Assembly: GCA_010093815.1 (NCBI GenBank) | Contig: ML996568.1 | Length of the DNA stretch: 64,000 nucleotides | Strand: one strand, 5' to 3' | Origin: Pseudovirgaria hyperparasitica | Lineage: Eukaryota | Shown: piece by piece, positions 25,550-38,721 of the stretch | Position numbering within the stretch: position 1 is the stretch's first letter | How the letters are laid out: each line of letters starts with the position of its first letter | The notes under the pieces: model-generated | Told to the model about the DNA's origin: nothing | Databases searched by the model: none | The model's input: only the letters and a program-made list of their open reading frames with translations | Translations under genes and position numbers: made by a program

Positions 25550-28500
25550 GGGAAACGTAAATATTTCTCTCTATTAAAGTCTTACGGAGTAGAAATTACC
25601 ACTTCCACCCGGGTTCGTATGGCGTCGTCGAGGTATTCCGTAAGTTATTTATAATAGTTTTTCTTATCGCTACTCTCCTTATTTTCCTTAGTAATTCTTC
25701 TAATTAGTAGTCGTAAGGGCTCGTCCTAACTCTCGTTACTCGCATTTCTTATAAAATATTTCTTTAACCTATGGCTAGGAAACGTCCCTCTAAGCATGGC
25801 TCTATTAAGCTCCGCGAGCTTATAAGTATAATTAAACATAGACTAAATTCTATATGGCCCCCTCTAATACCACCTTAGCTTCCGCTCTATATTCTTCTAT
25901 CGCTACGAGTTATATAGAAGGATAATTATATTAACTAGTAATAACTCTTAACGAAGGTAATAGTTATTATTCTATGCCTCTCTCGATTCCTCACGCGTTT
26001 ATATTATATAGATATAGGCCTCCTTAAGATCCTCGGATCTTCTCTTAAGTTATCTAGCTCGAAGAGCGAGTAAGTTAGACGTCGATCGTACCTCGTTCTA
26101 AGAGAGTATTTAGAGTAACTTGAATTCGACTTCGATAGGCATAATTAGTTTATAGCTAAGCACGAGGTATACGGTACTATACCCTATACTAGCACGTGTC
26201 GTTATTCTATCTACCTAGATAACCGCATGGAGGTAGTTAGGCTAGTTCTTAAATCCGCCATTAGTTATCTTCGCGAGAGTATTAGCGAGTAGTATAAAAC
26301 TTCTCTTAATAATTCTATTTACTCGGAGATTATATATAGACGTAACCTTCTAATAAATTCTATAGAGTCGGAGGAGCTCCTCTATAGCACCTATATTTTC
26401 TCTACTACCGTTATAGATGATTTTAGGAATAATTCTATATCTATAGATTACGTTCTTAAAGAGGAACTTTACGATAACTATAGACGTAGCCGCCGTATAT
26501 ACCTCCGCCTTAGTCTATCCGCTTAGCTATTCTTATATAGATACTACTTTACTATACTCTATAGAAGGTAGTAGTATTATTATATCTAAGTATATTCTTT
26601 ACTAAAGAATAGGCGTTATAACGTGGTAGAGCCCTTTATTAAGATCTCCGAGGAGCTTACTTCGTTATTAATATTTATTATAGGTTTTTACGTGCTATCG
26701 CACGTCTCTATATATACCTATCTACTAATACTTATTCTTAATCCTTCTAAGGGTCCCTTCGCTACCTCTATAATCTATCTTATTATAAGTAGTAGTAATT
26801 ATATACGCCCTAGTATTCGGATCCTTAATTACTCGTATATATTAGCGATGCCTATCTCCTCTCTACTAGAGTATTTAGTTATATATAAGGAACTTTAGGT
26901 AGTCGGTTATAAAGGCCTTATATACTCGGTCGGTTAGGTCGGTTAGTCTCTTAAGTATAGTAAGATACTTCGTAATCCTCTACTATTTATTACTATATTT
27001 ATCTATTAAGGGAGACTTAATAGCGGTATAGTTAAGTATCCCTATCGTGTAATCTCTCCCGCTAATAGGCTTAATTAACGACGTCTCTAGCACGTCTATA
27101 TATAGAGCCATATCTACGAACTTATCTAGGTTAAAGGTAGAGACGTCTAGTAGTTCTTCTTCTTCGTGTATCTATAAGATACTATTAGCGACTATATTAC
27201 GCTTTCTAGGTACATGCCTAACTATAAAGTTCTATAGCTAAATCCACGCGAGCTACCTAGTAACGAGCGCCCCTAGTAAGTTAGTTATAGTACGGTTAAT
27301 TTAAGCGACTAGAGTATTCGCGTCTATTTCTATAATAAAGTATATACTATAGAGATATTACCGGAACTTCTATAACGCGTAGAGGAGGGCTTAGTACTCT
27401 AGTTTCACGGTATTATAGTTTCTCTTAGCTTTTAACTATATTCCTCTATTATACCGCGATAGCTAATATTTATAATTCTTGTTCTCCTATATTAACGTAG
27501 CCCCCTATCTAATATTACTAGAGTCTACTACTAGGATTATATCTCCCGTATCTATCCCGTACTATAACGTTATTAGTATAGAAGTAGTAGTTAGAGCTAT
27601 CTTTAGCGCGTCTATTAAGGTCTACTCCTTAGCTATCTACTACTAGACCGATTTATTCTTTAATAGTATAAATAGCGGCGATACGATAATAGCGTACCCG
27701 GGGATCTATATCCGGAAATATATATAAACGCTAAGGAAGGCTCGTATATTCGTCGTGTTTTTATAGGGTTTCTAGTCCCTAATAGTAGTAACCTTTTTAT
27801 TACTCGGTCGCCTCCCTTTAATACTATAGACGTATTCTATAACGTTAGCGGCTTTAACATACTACTAAGTCTTCTTACTACTTAGGGCGTATCCAGCGCG
27901 CTCTATATCCGCGAGAACCTTATCTATATTAATTAAATATTCTAGGATATATCTATGAATTCTAGGCAGGGCCTCCTTAGAGTTATATTTCGTCATAGGT
28001 CCTTTAATATCTAAGTTATCTAGGAATAGTAGAGCCCTCTCCGGGATATATTCTTATATAATAGTTAATATAATTCTAACGAACTAAGCTACTAAATTAG
28101 TAGCCCCTTAAGGTAATATTATCCTATATAGTAATTCTAGAGGTGTTATAAACCCCGTTAAGTCTCGGTAATACTCTACTAATAGAATCTAATTATATCC
28201 TAAGAAGAAGTCGGTAAACGTTAAGACGGCTATCCCCGTAAAGTACTCCGAGAATTCTTTATATAAGGGCGGCGTAGCCGTATTACGAATAGTAACTCGG
28301 TTAATTTCTATCGCCGAATTAATTAACCTATAATCTTATTTCTTATTAGCTTCCTTCTTCTTTTCCATAAGAAAATAGGCGTTTTAATAAGGACTACTAT
28401 AGGGCTCGAGCCTTCTACTATTAAGACGCTCTTTTAGAATCGTAAGTACCTTTCTATAAAGGGCTCTAGAAATATTAAAGTTCTTAGCCTACTATATCTT

Positions 28501-31500
28501 ATATTCTACCGTTCGGATCTCCTATAGAGGTACTATCTCTTTATTAAATTTACTAAGATATAAGAATTTCTATACTAGTACTTCCTCGCGATATAATAAG
28601 ATTATATATAGTAACTTAAGTTCTACGGGACGTAGCTCTATTCTAATCTTTAGCTAACTTATATATAGAGGCGTTAGACGTGTTCCTAGCGGGATAGTTA
28701 CCCTTTAAGGCTCTATTAGTCTATTAAATACGTTAAGGCCTAGGTGGATAGCCGGAAGAAGTATCTACTATACGATTACTTATTCACGCTAGTCTAGATA
28801 CCCTAATAGATTTCTAGAGACCTTTTAGTGGGCTTCGGAGTTATCTATAGGGTGTACTTTAACTCCCTTTCTTTTATATATAGTAGCTATACTAAATCCC
28901 TTTAATACCCCGGATAAATACCGTCTTTAGAGGCCGGTGGAGCCTACTATAAGCTATTCTATTATTATACCTTATTTATATACGAAGGTAGCGTACCTTA
29001 CCGCCGTAACTACTAGGGCGGCTAAGTTATCTTTTCTTAATAACCGAGTAATATTTTTAGGCCGGATTTTCTCGGAAAGTAACTCTATATAACTTATTTC
29101 TATATCCGTATAAAAATATATCCTATCCCCTTTATTAGTAGGTTTACTAGACCCTATTTAGTGCGGATTATTAGTTAAGGGTAGCCCTTAACTAATAATC
29201 CGGCTTAACTCCGGCTTCTAGTAATATACTCCGCTATATAGTTAGTCTCTAGCCACGGAGTTACCCTCCTTCTCTAAGACTAGAATATACTTATCTAGAC
29301 TAGTTTTAAAGGTTACTCGTTCTTATCTATATACGGAGTAGACTATTAAGAGTACTTACCCGGAGACTAACCTCCGCACTATAAGTAAGGTCTACCTAGT
29401 ATATAGCTCCCCTAGGATAAGGTTATAATTAAGTTTACTATATATAAATATTAAAGTAGCTATAATAATCCAATCTATACGGATAGAGTATTACTATACT
29501 ATTCCTACGAATAGAGTACTATACTAAATAGCGCTAACTAAACTCGAGTTCTTTATATATAGTAGAAGTAAAGATATTACTAGCCTAAGACGCCTCGTAG
29601 CATCTAGTTAAATACTATTTACCTACGCGCTACTATCGAATAGTACTATACTAGTTACCCTTTTAGAACTAACTTCTATAGGGTACCTTAGATACTCGGC
29701 TACTAGCCTTACTATCTCTTCCTTAAGCTAATTAATATCTTATTATATAATAGCTATCCCTATAGTATAGAGGGGTACTAATACGTTAAGTTTATTTATC
29801 TTAGAAGCCATAGTATAGTCGTTTCTTCCTTTCTTCTCGGCTCTCCCCTCTTAAGCCTTATAGATCTCTCTAGCTATAAAGTTAGGGGCGCCCTTCTTAA
29901 ATACCGCACGATATAAGTTACTATTAAGGCTTAATAGTTCGCTAATAGTAATATTTATAGTTATCCCTAGAACGCGTACTAGCTATACTTTACTAGCTTC
30001 TATACTTAGCTACTATCCCTCGTATAGATAGTTATTAAGCTTAACGCCTCGGATACGTGCCTTTTAACTAGAATTTAGGCTATCCCCTTTATCTATCTTA
30101 TCCTTAGACGCTATTAGCTCTTATTTAGACATTCTCTAGTCGCTACTCTTCTTACTATCCTCCTATTCCTTAATAATTCTTATATACTACCCTTAACGCA
30201 TTCCGCGGAGACGGGCGATCTTTCTTTCCTTAGTATAATTAGGTATACTCTTTATAATCCCCCTTCTAGATATTATAAGTATAGCGGGCTCTTCTAGGGC
30301 TATCTCCTTATAGATATATCTATTACTAGCTACGTCGAAGCGTTCGTAGAATTCTATATATCTATCTTTCTTACTCTTAGGCGACGTAACTTCTTCTTCT
30401 AAATTACTATCCGCTAAGGCCTAGTAGGGACTCTTCGTAGGTTTTATACTAATACTATATACTAGTACTCTCTATAAAGCGTTAATATTTACTACGGACG
30501 TAGAAACCTTCACTCCCCCTCTATACTAGCTTAGGCCGTTTTAAACCGTTACTACGTAATTCCGGATAGCTTATAGGGTAGCTTATGGCTCTACTAAGAA
30601 GGGTAGTAATAGAATTTCTTCTCTATTCGCCCCGAAACGCCCTCGGAATACTTATACCCTATTAATATTTAGTAATCCGTCTCTAATATATCCTACTATC
30701 TCCGGATATCTATATATTAGGTAATCTCCTCTATACGTGATATATATAACCGGTCTTTAAGGTCTATTCTAGACTATAACGCCTTCTTAGAAGTCTCGGG
30801 TAGAGACGTATTCTCTATTCTATATATAATTCTATAGATAAACTTACGTTAGTTCTATAGGTATGCCTCATACTTAGAGGTATATTAAAAGATTTAGCCT
30901 TCGCGCCTACTAGTTAATAATAGCCGAAAGAAGCTTAGGTTCGTACTTCTTAAGGGATAAGAATAAGAGATTAGAGGTAAAGTAGGACTTTATCTTAATT
31001 AACGTGAGGTCTAGTTTACTAAATCTCTCTACTATCTTATTAAACTTATCCGATTCTAGCGCGACGTATACTTTAACTAGAGAGGGGTAGCTAAATTCAT
31101 TAGTTCTTCTTTCTTCATGTAACTACTCTTCTAAGCTAGTCTTCTTACTCCCTATCTTTAATTTATAGTATATAGCTATAGCTAGCTCTTATACGGCTAA
31201 GTACTTATTAATACGAGCTAGTTCCTTAAGTACTCTAGCCTTTCGTAATACGAAGCCATAGATAATTACCTAGTTATAACTATATACTTCTATCGTGAGT
31301 TAATATTTCTCTATAGCCCGAGCCTTAAGACTATTAGATAGCCCTTCTAGGAAGAGCTCTATTCACGAATACGAGCTTAGGCTTCCTTTAGCCGTAAGTT
31401 TCTCTATAATAATACGATACTAGAAGTAGTATATAGAGAGAGAGTAGGATAGGTCTACTTTAACCATTTCCACGTATTTTTAGATAAAGTAGATAGTGCC

Positions 31501-31960
31501 TTCCTCGAGGGCGGAGTTAAATAGAGAGAATTCCTTTAATAATTCTTCACGTAGCGTAGCCTACTACTATTTCTAAAACCTATCTATTCCTTTAATAGTA
31601 GAACGGAGATAGTTCTCGTAGTATAACGGTAGGGAGGTTATCTTCTTATTAGGCGGAACTTCGTAGTTTATATATATATCCTTATACTTCCGAAGGAAGA
31701 CTATAATATTTATTCCTTTAAAGCGCTTAGGGGCTAGGGTAGATAGAGGTACTATCCTTCCTTATCGCGTAAATACTATAAAGAAGTTAAGTATCTCTCC
31801 ACGAGTTACTAGGTCGTTATTTTAAGCTCCTATCGCACTATTACTAGTAGTAGATATACTAGTAGAGACACTAGGGGTAAGGTTATTAGTTAAGGGATTA
31901 CCTTAACTAAAGGTTAGCCTAATACGTCTACCTATAACATCTATTATCCCTTCTCTATGT
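25550..31960 (-). pseudogene. pol: RIPed gag-pol of F1
   Basis: Reverse complement of the F2 gag-pol; LFDSSAQV protease motif (~29630); boundaries approximate. Confidence 0.9.
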
Positions 31961-32837
31961 TAATTAATCCCTTTATAAGATAAACTATTACTATCGTCTT
32001 TATTAATATAAGGTTCATGGTATTCTACTTATATTATTATCTTTATATAAGGCGTTTCTAAAGTAGTATACTCGTGTAGCCGTGTTTATAAATAACAGCT
32101 ATAGTAGTACTAAATAGGTTATATTTATCGTTTTTAAACTCTTCTTTACCGCTTTATCTAGCTCTATTTTATATTCTATTCCCCTAAGATATTTTTGAGT
32201 CGCGCTATCACCCGTGTTAGTATACGCATGCTTTTTACGGCTACTTTTAAGAGGCTAGCCCCTAGCGACTCCGGACTCTCTATTTTCCGGACTTATAGCT
32301 TCGATCTAGTAAGTCTAGACTACCTTATTAGGCACGCTATATACTTCCCCTAAGCTAGTTTCGGAGTCCTAATCTCCCTCTATAAGTTCGTAGTCCGGGT
32401 ACGACCTCTAAAATTATAATAAGCTATCGCTACGTATATCCCTTTTATAAATAGCTATGTTCTTAGTATAGTAGTCGCGACGAACTTACAAGTATCTCTC
32501 CTAGGTATTATGAGTTCTCTTTAAACGTACGACTTCTTATTAGTTCTCTTTTACGATAGGACGGGTCTATATAATACTCTTAATTAATTTATCAATAGCT
32601 AAGTCTAATAATTAATACCTATAGAGACCTATAAACGTAAGGAAAGGTCGAATCGTCGAATATTAGTGATGGGGGAAGCGCGCCGAGTAGAATGACCAAG
32701 GAAAACGCCCTCCTTAAATATATAATAAGCCATGTAATCGAGCTAGGGACACATACATATAGGGCTGTAGGAACGGCCTTCCATACTATATAATAACCGT
32801 AGGGCTATATATTTCTTCTAGTAAGGTAGTAGTATTT

Positions 32838-33065
32838 TATAGTTATATTCTAGTAGTTATATAGTAGAGGTAGATTCCTTATATTATGGCGTCGTAGGTT
32901 ATTAGGTCGTACTATAGTAGTATATTATAGTTATATTCTAGCGGTTATATAGTAGAGATAGATTCCTTATATTATAGTATTATAGATTATATAATTATAA
33001 GGTAGTAGAATCTCGTAGTTATATTATAGCGGTCACGTAGTAGAGGTAGACTCCTTATATTATAG
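32838..33065. repeat. Three ~50-bp direct repeats spaced ~89 bp apart in element E
   Basis: Unit TAGTTATATTCTAGCGGTTATATAGTAGAGGTAGATTCCTTATATTATAG at ~32840, ~32928 and ~33016. Confidence 0.85.
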
Positions 33066-34414
33066 TATACCGCGTCGGGTTATATAAAGGTATAGTAGTC
33101 TATATATAAACCGCGCGTTCTATTTTATTATTATCTATTTTAGAACTAGCTCTTCTCTAGACTAGGGGTTATATAGTAGTAGTAGAGTAGCTTATATATA
33201 ATCTATATTTATTATTATTATTATTTATTTTAGGACTAGCTCTACTCTAGTCTACACGATTTTCTCTAACGTAAGTATATAGATTCTACGCCTAGCGACT
33301 TTCTTCTTCCTTAACTACCCTTACGCCTACTATCTTAATACTATATAGTAGCTACTATAATATTAGTAAACTTATATACTACCTCGTAGCTTCTATACTA
33401 TTATTATAAGTACTCTAGGTCTAAATAGTTCTATTATAGAAGCTAGCGCCGTCTCGGTAGTAGCTATAGATACTAGGGGTTAAGACTCTAATAATCGTCG
33501 CGTACCTAGGCGCTAGAAACTAGCCGACCGTACCGTAAGTAGGTTCTATCTCTATACCGTTCCCTATACTAACTAGATAGACTATTCCTCCTACTATACT
33601 CTAATAGACTAAGTCTATTTACTATATAGAGCTATATATTATAGAGGGTAACTCGTTAGAAGACGAGTATACTAATATAAGGATTATAGACGTAGGATAG
33701 TAGTCTAATAGGTTATAGGAGGATTCGGGAATATATTTAAAAGGGTAGTCTACTCTCTTAACGAGGTTAATTTCTAAAGAGTAGGAATTAAGTATATACG
33801 GCCTACTTATATAGTAGTCTCGCTTATTCTAGCTAGCTTACCCTAGGTCCACCTATCACGGACTATACTAGACCATAGTATTCTAGTTAAGTCTATTCTA
33901 GTGTTAGCCCTAATAATATCCTTCTTCTTTTTATACTTCGCCCTAAAGTACTTAGCTATATATAAATCTATAATTCTATAAGCGTTATATTTATACGCGC
34001 ATCTAATTAAATCTATATAATGTTATCGATAGTCTTTATATTAGTAAACTTAAGCTCTAGTTTACTTTTATTTATATACGCGCTCATCCCTTACTTTATA
34101 GCTACTACCTTAGAGATAGCTCCGCGGGTTATATGACCGCTATATTAACTAAGCTTATATTTAGTTCTCTTATTCTAAATTTTCTTCTCTAGTATATCTA
34201 CCTTACTCTTAAGGTAAGTTATTAATTCGTATACTATCTCCTTTAGTTTAGACCCGTTCGGGTCTAGAGTGGTCTATTTTCGTTAGAGCTGGTTCTATAT
34301 AATTCATTCGCGTTATTACGGTTACTAATTTAGCTTCTTTAATCGCCTTTAAGGCTAAACGAGTATTCTACTCTTAGATCTCTAGCTAATATATATATAT
34401 AGATATCTAATACT

Positions 34415-35706
34415 AGTTCTATTTCTAAGCCTACCTCCTTCTCTCGTAAGACTCGCTCTAAAGGGATTACCTCTACCCCGGCTATACTAGCTAAAAAATC
34501 CACTTATCGTAGTAGTATAAAGGCGCGCTCTAAGTTAGAGAAGAAGGTAGCTAAGACTACTACTACTATTACTACTAACGTGGCTACTAGTCGCTCTAAT
34601 CTAGGTAATTCTAGTACTAGTATTGCGGAAGAGGTAGCTATAAAGCCTACCTACATCTACTCGCGCTATCTATCTACTCTACTACCTTTAGAGGATAAAG
34701 AAGATCTCGTCGTAGATAATAATTAAGAGTTTACGCCTTCGCCGCCTTACTCTAAACGCTATTTCTCTTTTCGGTCTAATATAGACCGACTTAGTCGCTC
34801 TAGATCCTTTTAGGACCTTAATATTCGCTTTAAACCTAGCCCTAGTAATAATAAGGCCTAGGTCGCTAAAGATACTAAACGTAGTCGTGGTTTACGCCAT
34901 AGAAAAACGGCGAACTATAGTTCGATATACTTTAAGTATATTAAGGCTTACGCTACTAGCTCTAAATATCTCTTCCGCTCTAACTCTAGTATTAGCTACT
35001 ACTCTACTAACTACGATAGGCCTATACGTCTAATCTTTAAGCTCTCTACCCGCTACCGCCGCTATACTATTCTTAGTAGAGTTTGTCTTTAGGTAAGTCT
35101 ATTAGACTATTTTAGTCTAGGGTAATCTAAAGTCGTCTATACTAATGCGTTTTTAGGTTTCTATTCGTGTATAAGATATATATAACGATCTTCGTATCCG
35201 CGAGACTCTCGGCGGTTCTAGTAGTTATCTAGCTTCTATATGTAGGGAGTTTAGAGAGCGCTATAAGCTCTTCCTAGAGGTTATTAAAGTATAAGTTTAG
35301 AAACCGTTAATTATTATTAACCTTAGCTTATAATTTTTAGTCGCCGCGAGATTCCTAGCGCTTAGGCTATCTATTCTAGGGAGTTAGTTTTAGCTACTAA
35401 GGCCGTAGAAGAGATTCGTGCTATTCCTTTCCGCCTACCTTATGCTACTAACGGGTCTTATAAGAGATCTACTAGTTCTTCTTCTAAGTTACCTTATAAG
35501 AGGGTATATATTCTATTCTAGATTATTCTAGACCGTATTAGCTAACTTTAGGTCTAGTCGCTCCGCTCTAGCGCTTAGTTATTATCTTACTAGGCTCTAA
35601 CCGAGCGCGTGGTTACTCTAGAGGATAAGGTCTCTAACCTCCGTCGCTCTATTACTTAGTTAGTTTATTCGCTACGCTCTAAGAGTAATAATAAGATAGA
35701 GAAGTA
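34415..35706 (+). pseudogene. Antisense two-intron passenger gene of D2
   Basis: Introns 35093-35156 and 35291-35340 (donor RIPed to ATAAGT) at the same positions and phases as in D1; TGT Cys codon intact at 35084. Confidence 0.75.
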
Positions 35707-36656
35707 GCTCTATGGCTCTATTTACTAGGGTTTCTATATAGTGTGTGTTGGCTCTATCTACCTGGTTTCTATCCGTTTTGGTCCTTTTTAGACCGTTTAG
35801 ATACCCATCTACTAGTTTTCTAGTAATTTAATTCTTAACTTAATGATATTATATACATTCTTATTTATTCTATAACTATTAAATTTTAGGTTCTAATTTC
35901 CTTTAAGTTACTTAAGTATAGGCATCGTATATAAATTAGTTTATCTCTCTAAATTATATTAGAGTATCTAAACTAGTAGCCTAGTAGTTATCGGTTCGGG
36001 TACTCTAACCTTTTATATTATATATTATAAGTTCAATTCCGTAGTAGGGTACCTTTTTAGTTTCTTAGTCCCATGTTCTTCTCGTGTATAATAGTCTATA
36101 TTAGTCCATTCTAGACTTCTCTATATTATTCTATTATAATATATTACGTCGCGTGCCTATAACGGTTATTTATATTTTCTTCGCGTTTAGTAACTATATA
36201 TCGCTTAAATTATAGGGCTGCCTTATAGAGTTTTCCTAGTATACATTTAGGATTCGTGATTCGATACTTTGTTCTCTACGGTATTCTTCTTCTTTTTATA
36301 ACGGCCCCGACGGCGCTAGGTTTACGGTAGTAACGTATTATTCTATAACCTCTATTTATATATAGCTATCGCGGTACTTAAGATATATACCGTAGATTCC
36401 TAGGTATCCTTATCCTCGGTGTAGTTCTTCCAACGGATTTAATACTTTTAGATACCGTTCTTGTTAAGCCTATATTCGATAATATAGTCTACTTCGTATA
36501 CGTCTAGTCTATCTTAGGGTATAATAGAGTATAATTATATGTTCGTGCGTTTATATACGTTAGGTTAAAACCTTTTAAGTAATAAGACGTGGAATACGTT
36601 ATAGACTTTTATATTATTTCCTAGGTTAAGCTCGTAGACTCTTATACTAATACGAC

Positions 36657-37594
36657 GGCCAGGTGGCGTAGTGGTAGTGTGCTACGTTACTAGAAGCGTT
36701 TGTTATCCAACGTCGTAGGTTCGAATCCTATAACGGCTACCTTTTCACACACTAGTTTTCGCACGCTCTGTTAAAAGTATACGGGGCTAAGCGAGCACGT
36801 GACGTGAAGGTTGCCGTCACATGACTACTTAGTCCTGAGCGACCATTAGGTAATGTGAAAAATAACTATACCGTCATCACATGATGAGAATTACCTAATA
36901 TAGCCACCTACCAAGCTACCTTAAGTAGCAGAGCGACGCCTAGAGCGGCTAGACCCACAACTAGCTTAGCTCGAATCATAGAATTTTCACCACATACCGG
37001 GGCCTTGTCCACCCCAATCCGGCTTAGCTCGCGCTTACTCCGGCTCGGCAACCACGAAACAGACAGCAATACCCAATCAAGTATCCCGCCTACCCATAGA
37101 CGATTACATAGCCCCGAAGAACAATTTCCGAATTCGGCCTAGCTAGGGTTAGTGCTAAGGCATGGACCTATTAGATATACACCCCCTCCGGCATTAGTCA
37201 TCTTAATTAATGACTACTGCCCGGCGCAAAGCTATATTCCCATGGATAGGAAAAACACGGTAACATAGGAATAAAAGACTAGGCCTAGCCTAGCGACCTG
37301 CCCAATCACAAGAAAGGTAATACCTACTATAGTTGGTTAGGGCGTTATTAAGAGCCGGTACCAATATAGTAATAAAAGCCTAATATAAGGATAAGAAAGT
37401 AAGTTTGTCACCCAATGGGATTCAAGGACTTAGACTAGGCTAGGTTAGATTAGTAATAGGGTCTAGTTAGGGAGCTAATTATAGGAGGTTTTCTTGTATA
37501 CATAGCAGCCAATACTAGAGGAGGCCTAAGCCTGTGGAGCATATATATGGCTATATATATAGTTCTTCCTAGTTAAACACTAATATTATTATTA
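36657..37594 (+). mobile_element. tRNA-headed SINE, copy 2 (938 bp)
   Basis: Head GGCCAGGTGGCGTAGTGG...GGTTCGAATCC and (TTA)n tail. ~15-bp TSD TTATACTAATACGAC / TTATACTAATACAAC (36642-36656 / 37595-37609). The site is empty in D1 at ~15420. Confidence 0.92.
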
Positions 37595-38265
37595 TTATAC
37601 TAATACAACGTTTAATTCGGAAGAGACTAGCCATTTTATAATCGAGCTTTTTATTTACTTACGACGTTTATATATTATAGATATTAAGGAGGACTTCGTC
37701 TCCCTTCTCATACGCTTAATCTTTAACTAATCTATTATAGTACTTTATATACGACTTATTTACTTACTAGATTATTACGCGATAGTTACGTACGGTTTTA
37801 AAGATTTTAATTGCTAGTTCCTACGCGTGGACGTTAATATCTATCGTTCGGTCGAACTAGACCGTATAAGGTTTAAAACCTATCCTTAGACTACTATGGA
37901 AGGCCGCTCCTACAGCCCCACATATATATGTCCCTAGCTCGATTACATGGCTTATTATATATTTAAGAAGGGCGTTTTCCTTGGTCATTCTACTCGACAC
38001 GCTTCCCCCATTACTAATATTCAATGATTCGACCTTTCCTTATATTCATGGGCCTCTATAGGTATTAATTATTAGGCTTAGCTATTAATAAATTAATTAA
38101 GAGTATTATATAGACCCATCCTATTATAAAAGAGAACTAATAAGAAGTCGTGCGTTTAAAGAGAACTTATAATACCTAGGAGAGATACTTATGAGTTCGT
38201 CGCGACTACTATACTAAGAATATAACTATTTATAAAAGGGATATACGTAGCAATAGCTTATTATA

Positions 38266-38290
38266 ATTTTAGAGGTTATACCCGGACTAT
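38266..38290 (+). promoter_or_regulatory. Primer-binding site of family F, probably tRNA-Gln
   Basis: The F1/F2 consensus T(G)GAGGTCGTACCCGGACT is complementary to ...CCGGGTACGACCT-CCA. This resembles fungal tRNA-Gln 3' ends as I recall them; not checked. Confidence 0.6.
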
Positions 38291-38721
38291 AAACTTATAG
38301 GGGGAGATTAGGACTCCGAAACTAGCTTAGGGGAAGTATATAGCGTGCCTAATAAGGTAGTCTAGACTTACTAGATCGAAGCTATAAGTCTAGAAAACAG
38401 GGAGTCCGGAGTCGCTAGGGGCTAGCCTCTTAAAAGTAGCTATAAAAAGTATACGCATGCTAATACGGGTAATAGCGCGACTCGAAAATGTCTTAGGGGA
38501 ATAGAATATAAAATAGAGCTAGATAAAGTAGTAAAGAAGAGTTCAAAAACGATAAATATAACCTATTTAGTACTACTATAGCTATTATTTATAAATACGG
38601 CTATACGAGTATACTACTTTAGGAACGCCTTACACGAAGATAATAATATAAGTAGAATACTATAAACCTTATATCGATGAAGATAATAGTAATAGTTCAC
38701 CTTATAAAGGGATTAATTAAC

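Larger units (their letters stand above)
21367..32785 (-). mobile_element. Full-length Ty3/Gypsy element F1 (11.4 kb; 371-bp LTRs 21367-21737 and 32415-32785)
   Basis: 4-bp TSD CTAT; reverse complement of F2 along its length; PPT at ~21738-21750. Confidence 0.96.

Noticed and set aside
26623..26898. 91-aa plus-strand ORF
   Set aside because: Antisense to the F1 integrase region; a chance open frame in RIPed DNA.
32838..33065. CRISPR-like repeat-spacer array
   Set aside because: Eukaryotic context, only three ~50-bp degenerate units and no cas genes.
36657..36741. Functional tRNA gene
   Set aside because: It has A/B boxes but no convincing cloverleaf, and it is the head of a repeated element with tail and TSD; the same holds for 9493-9577.
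37190..37221. SINE hairpin with AGTCA/TGACT arms as another copy of the F palindrome
   Set aside because: Spacing and core differ (no GGG-NNN-CCC) and the similarity is too short.
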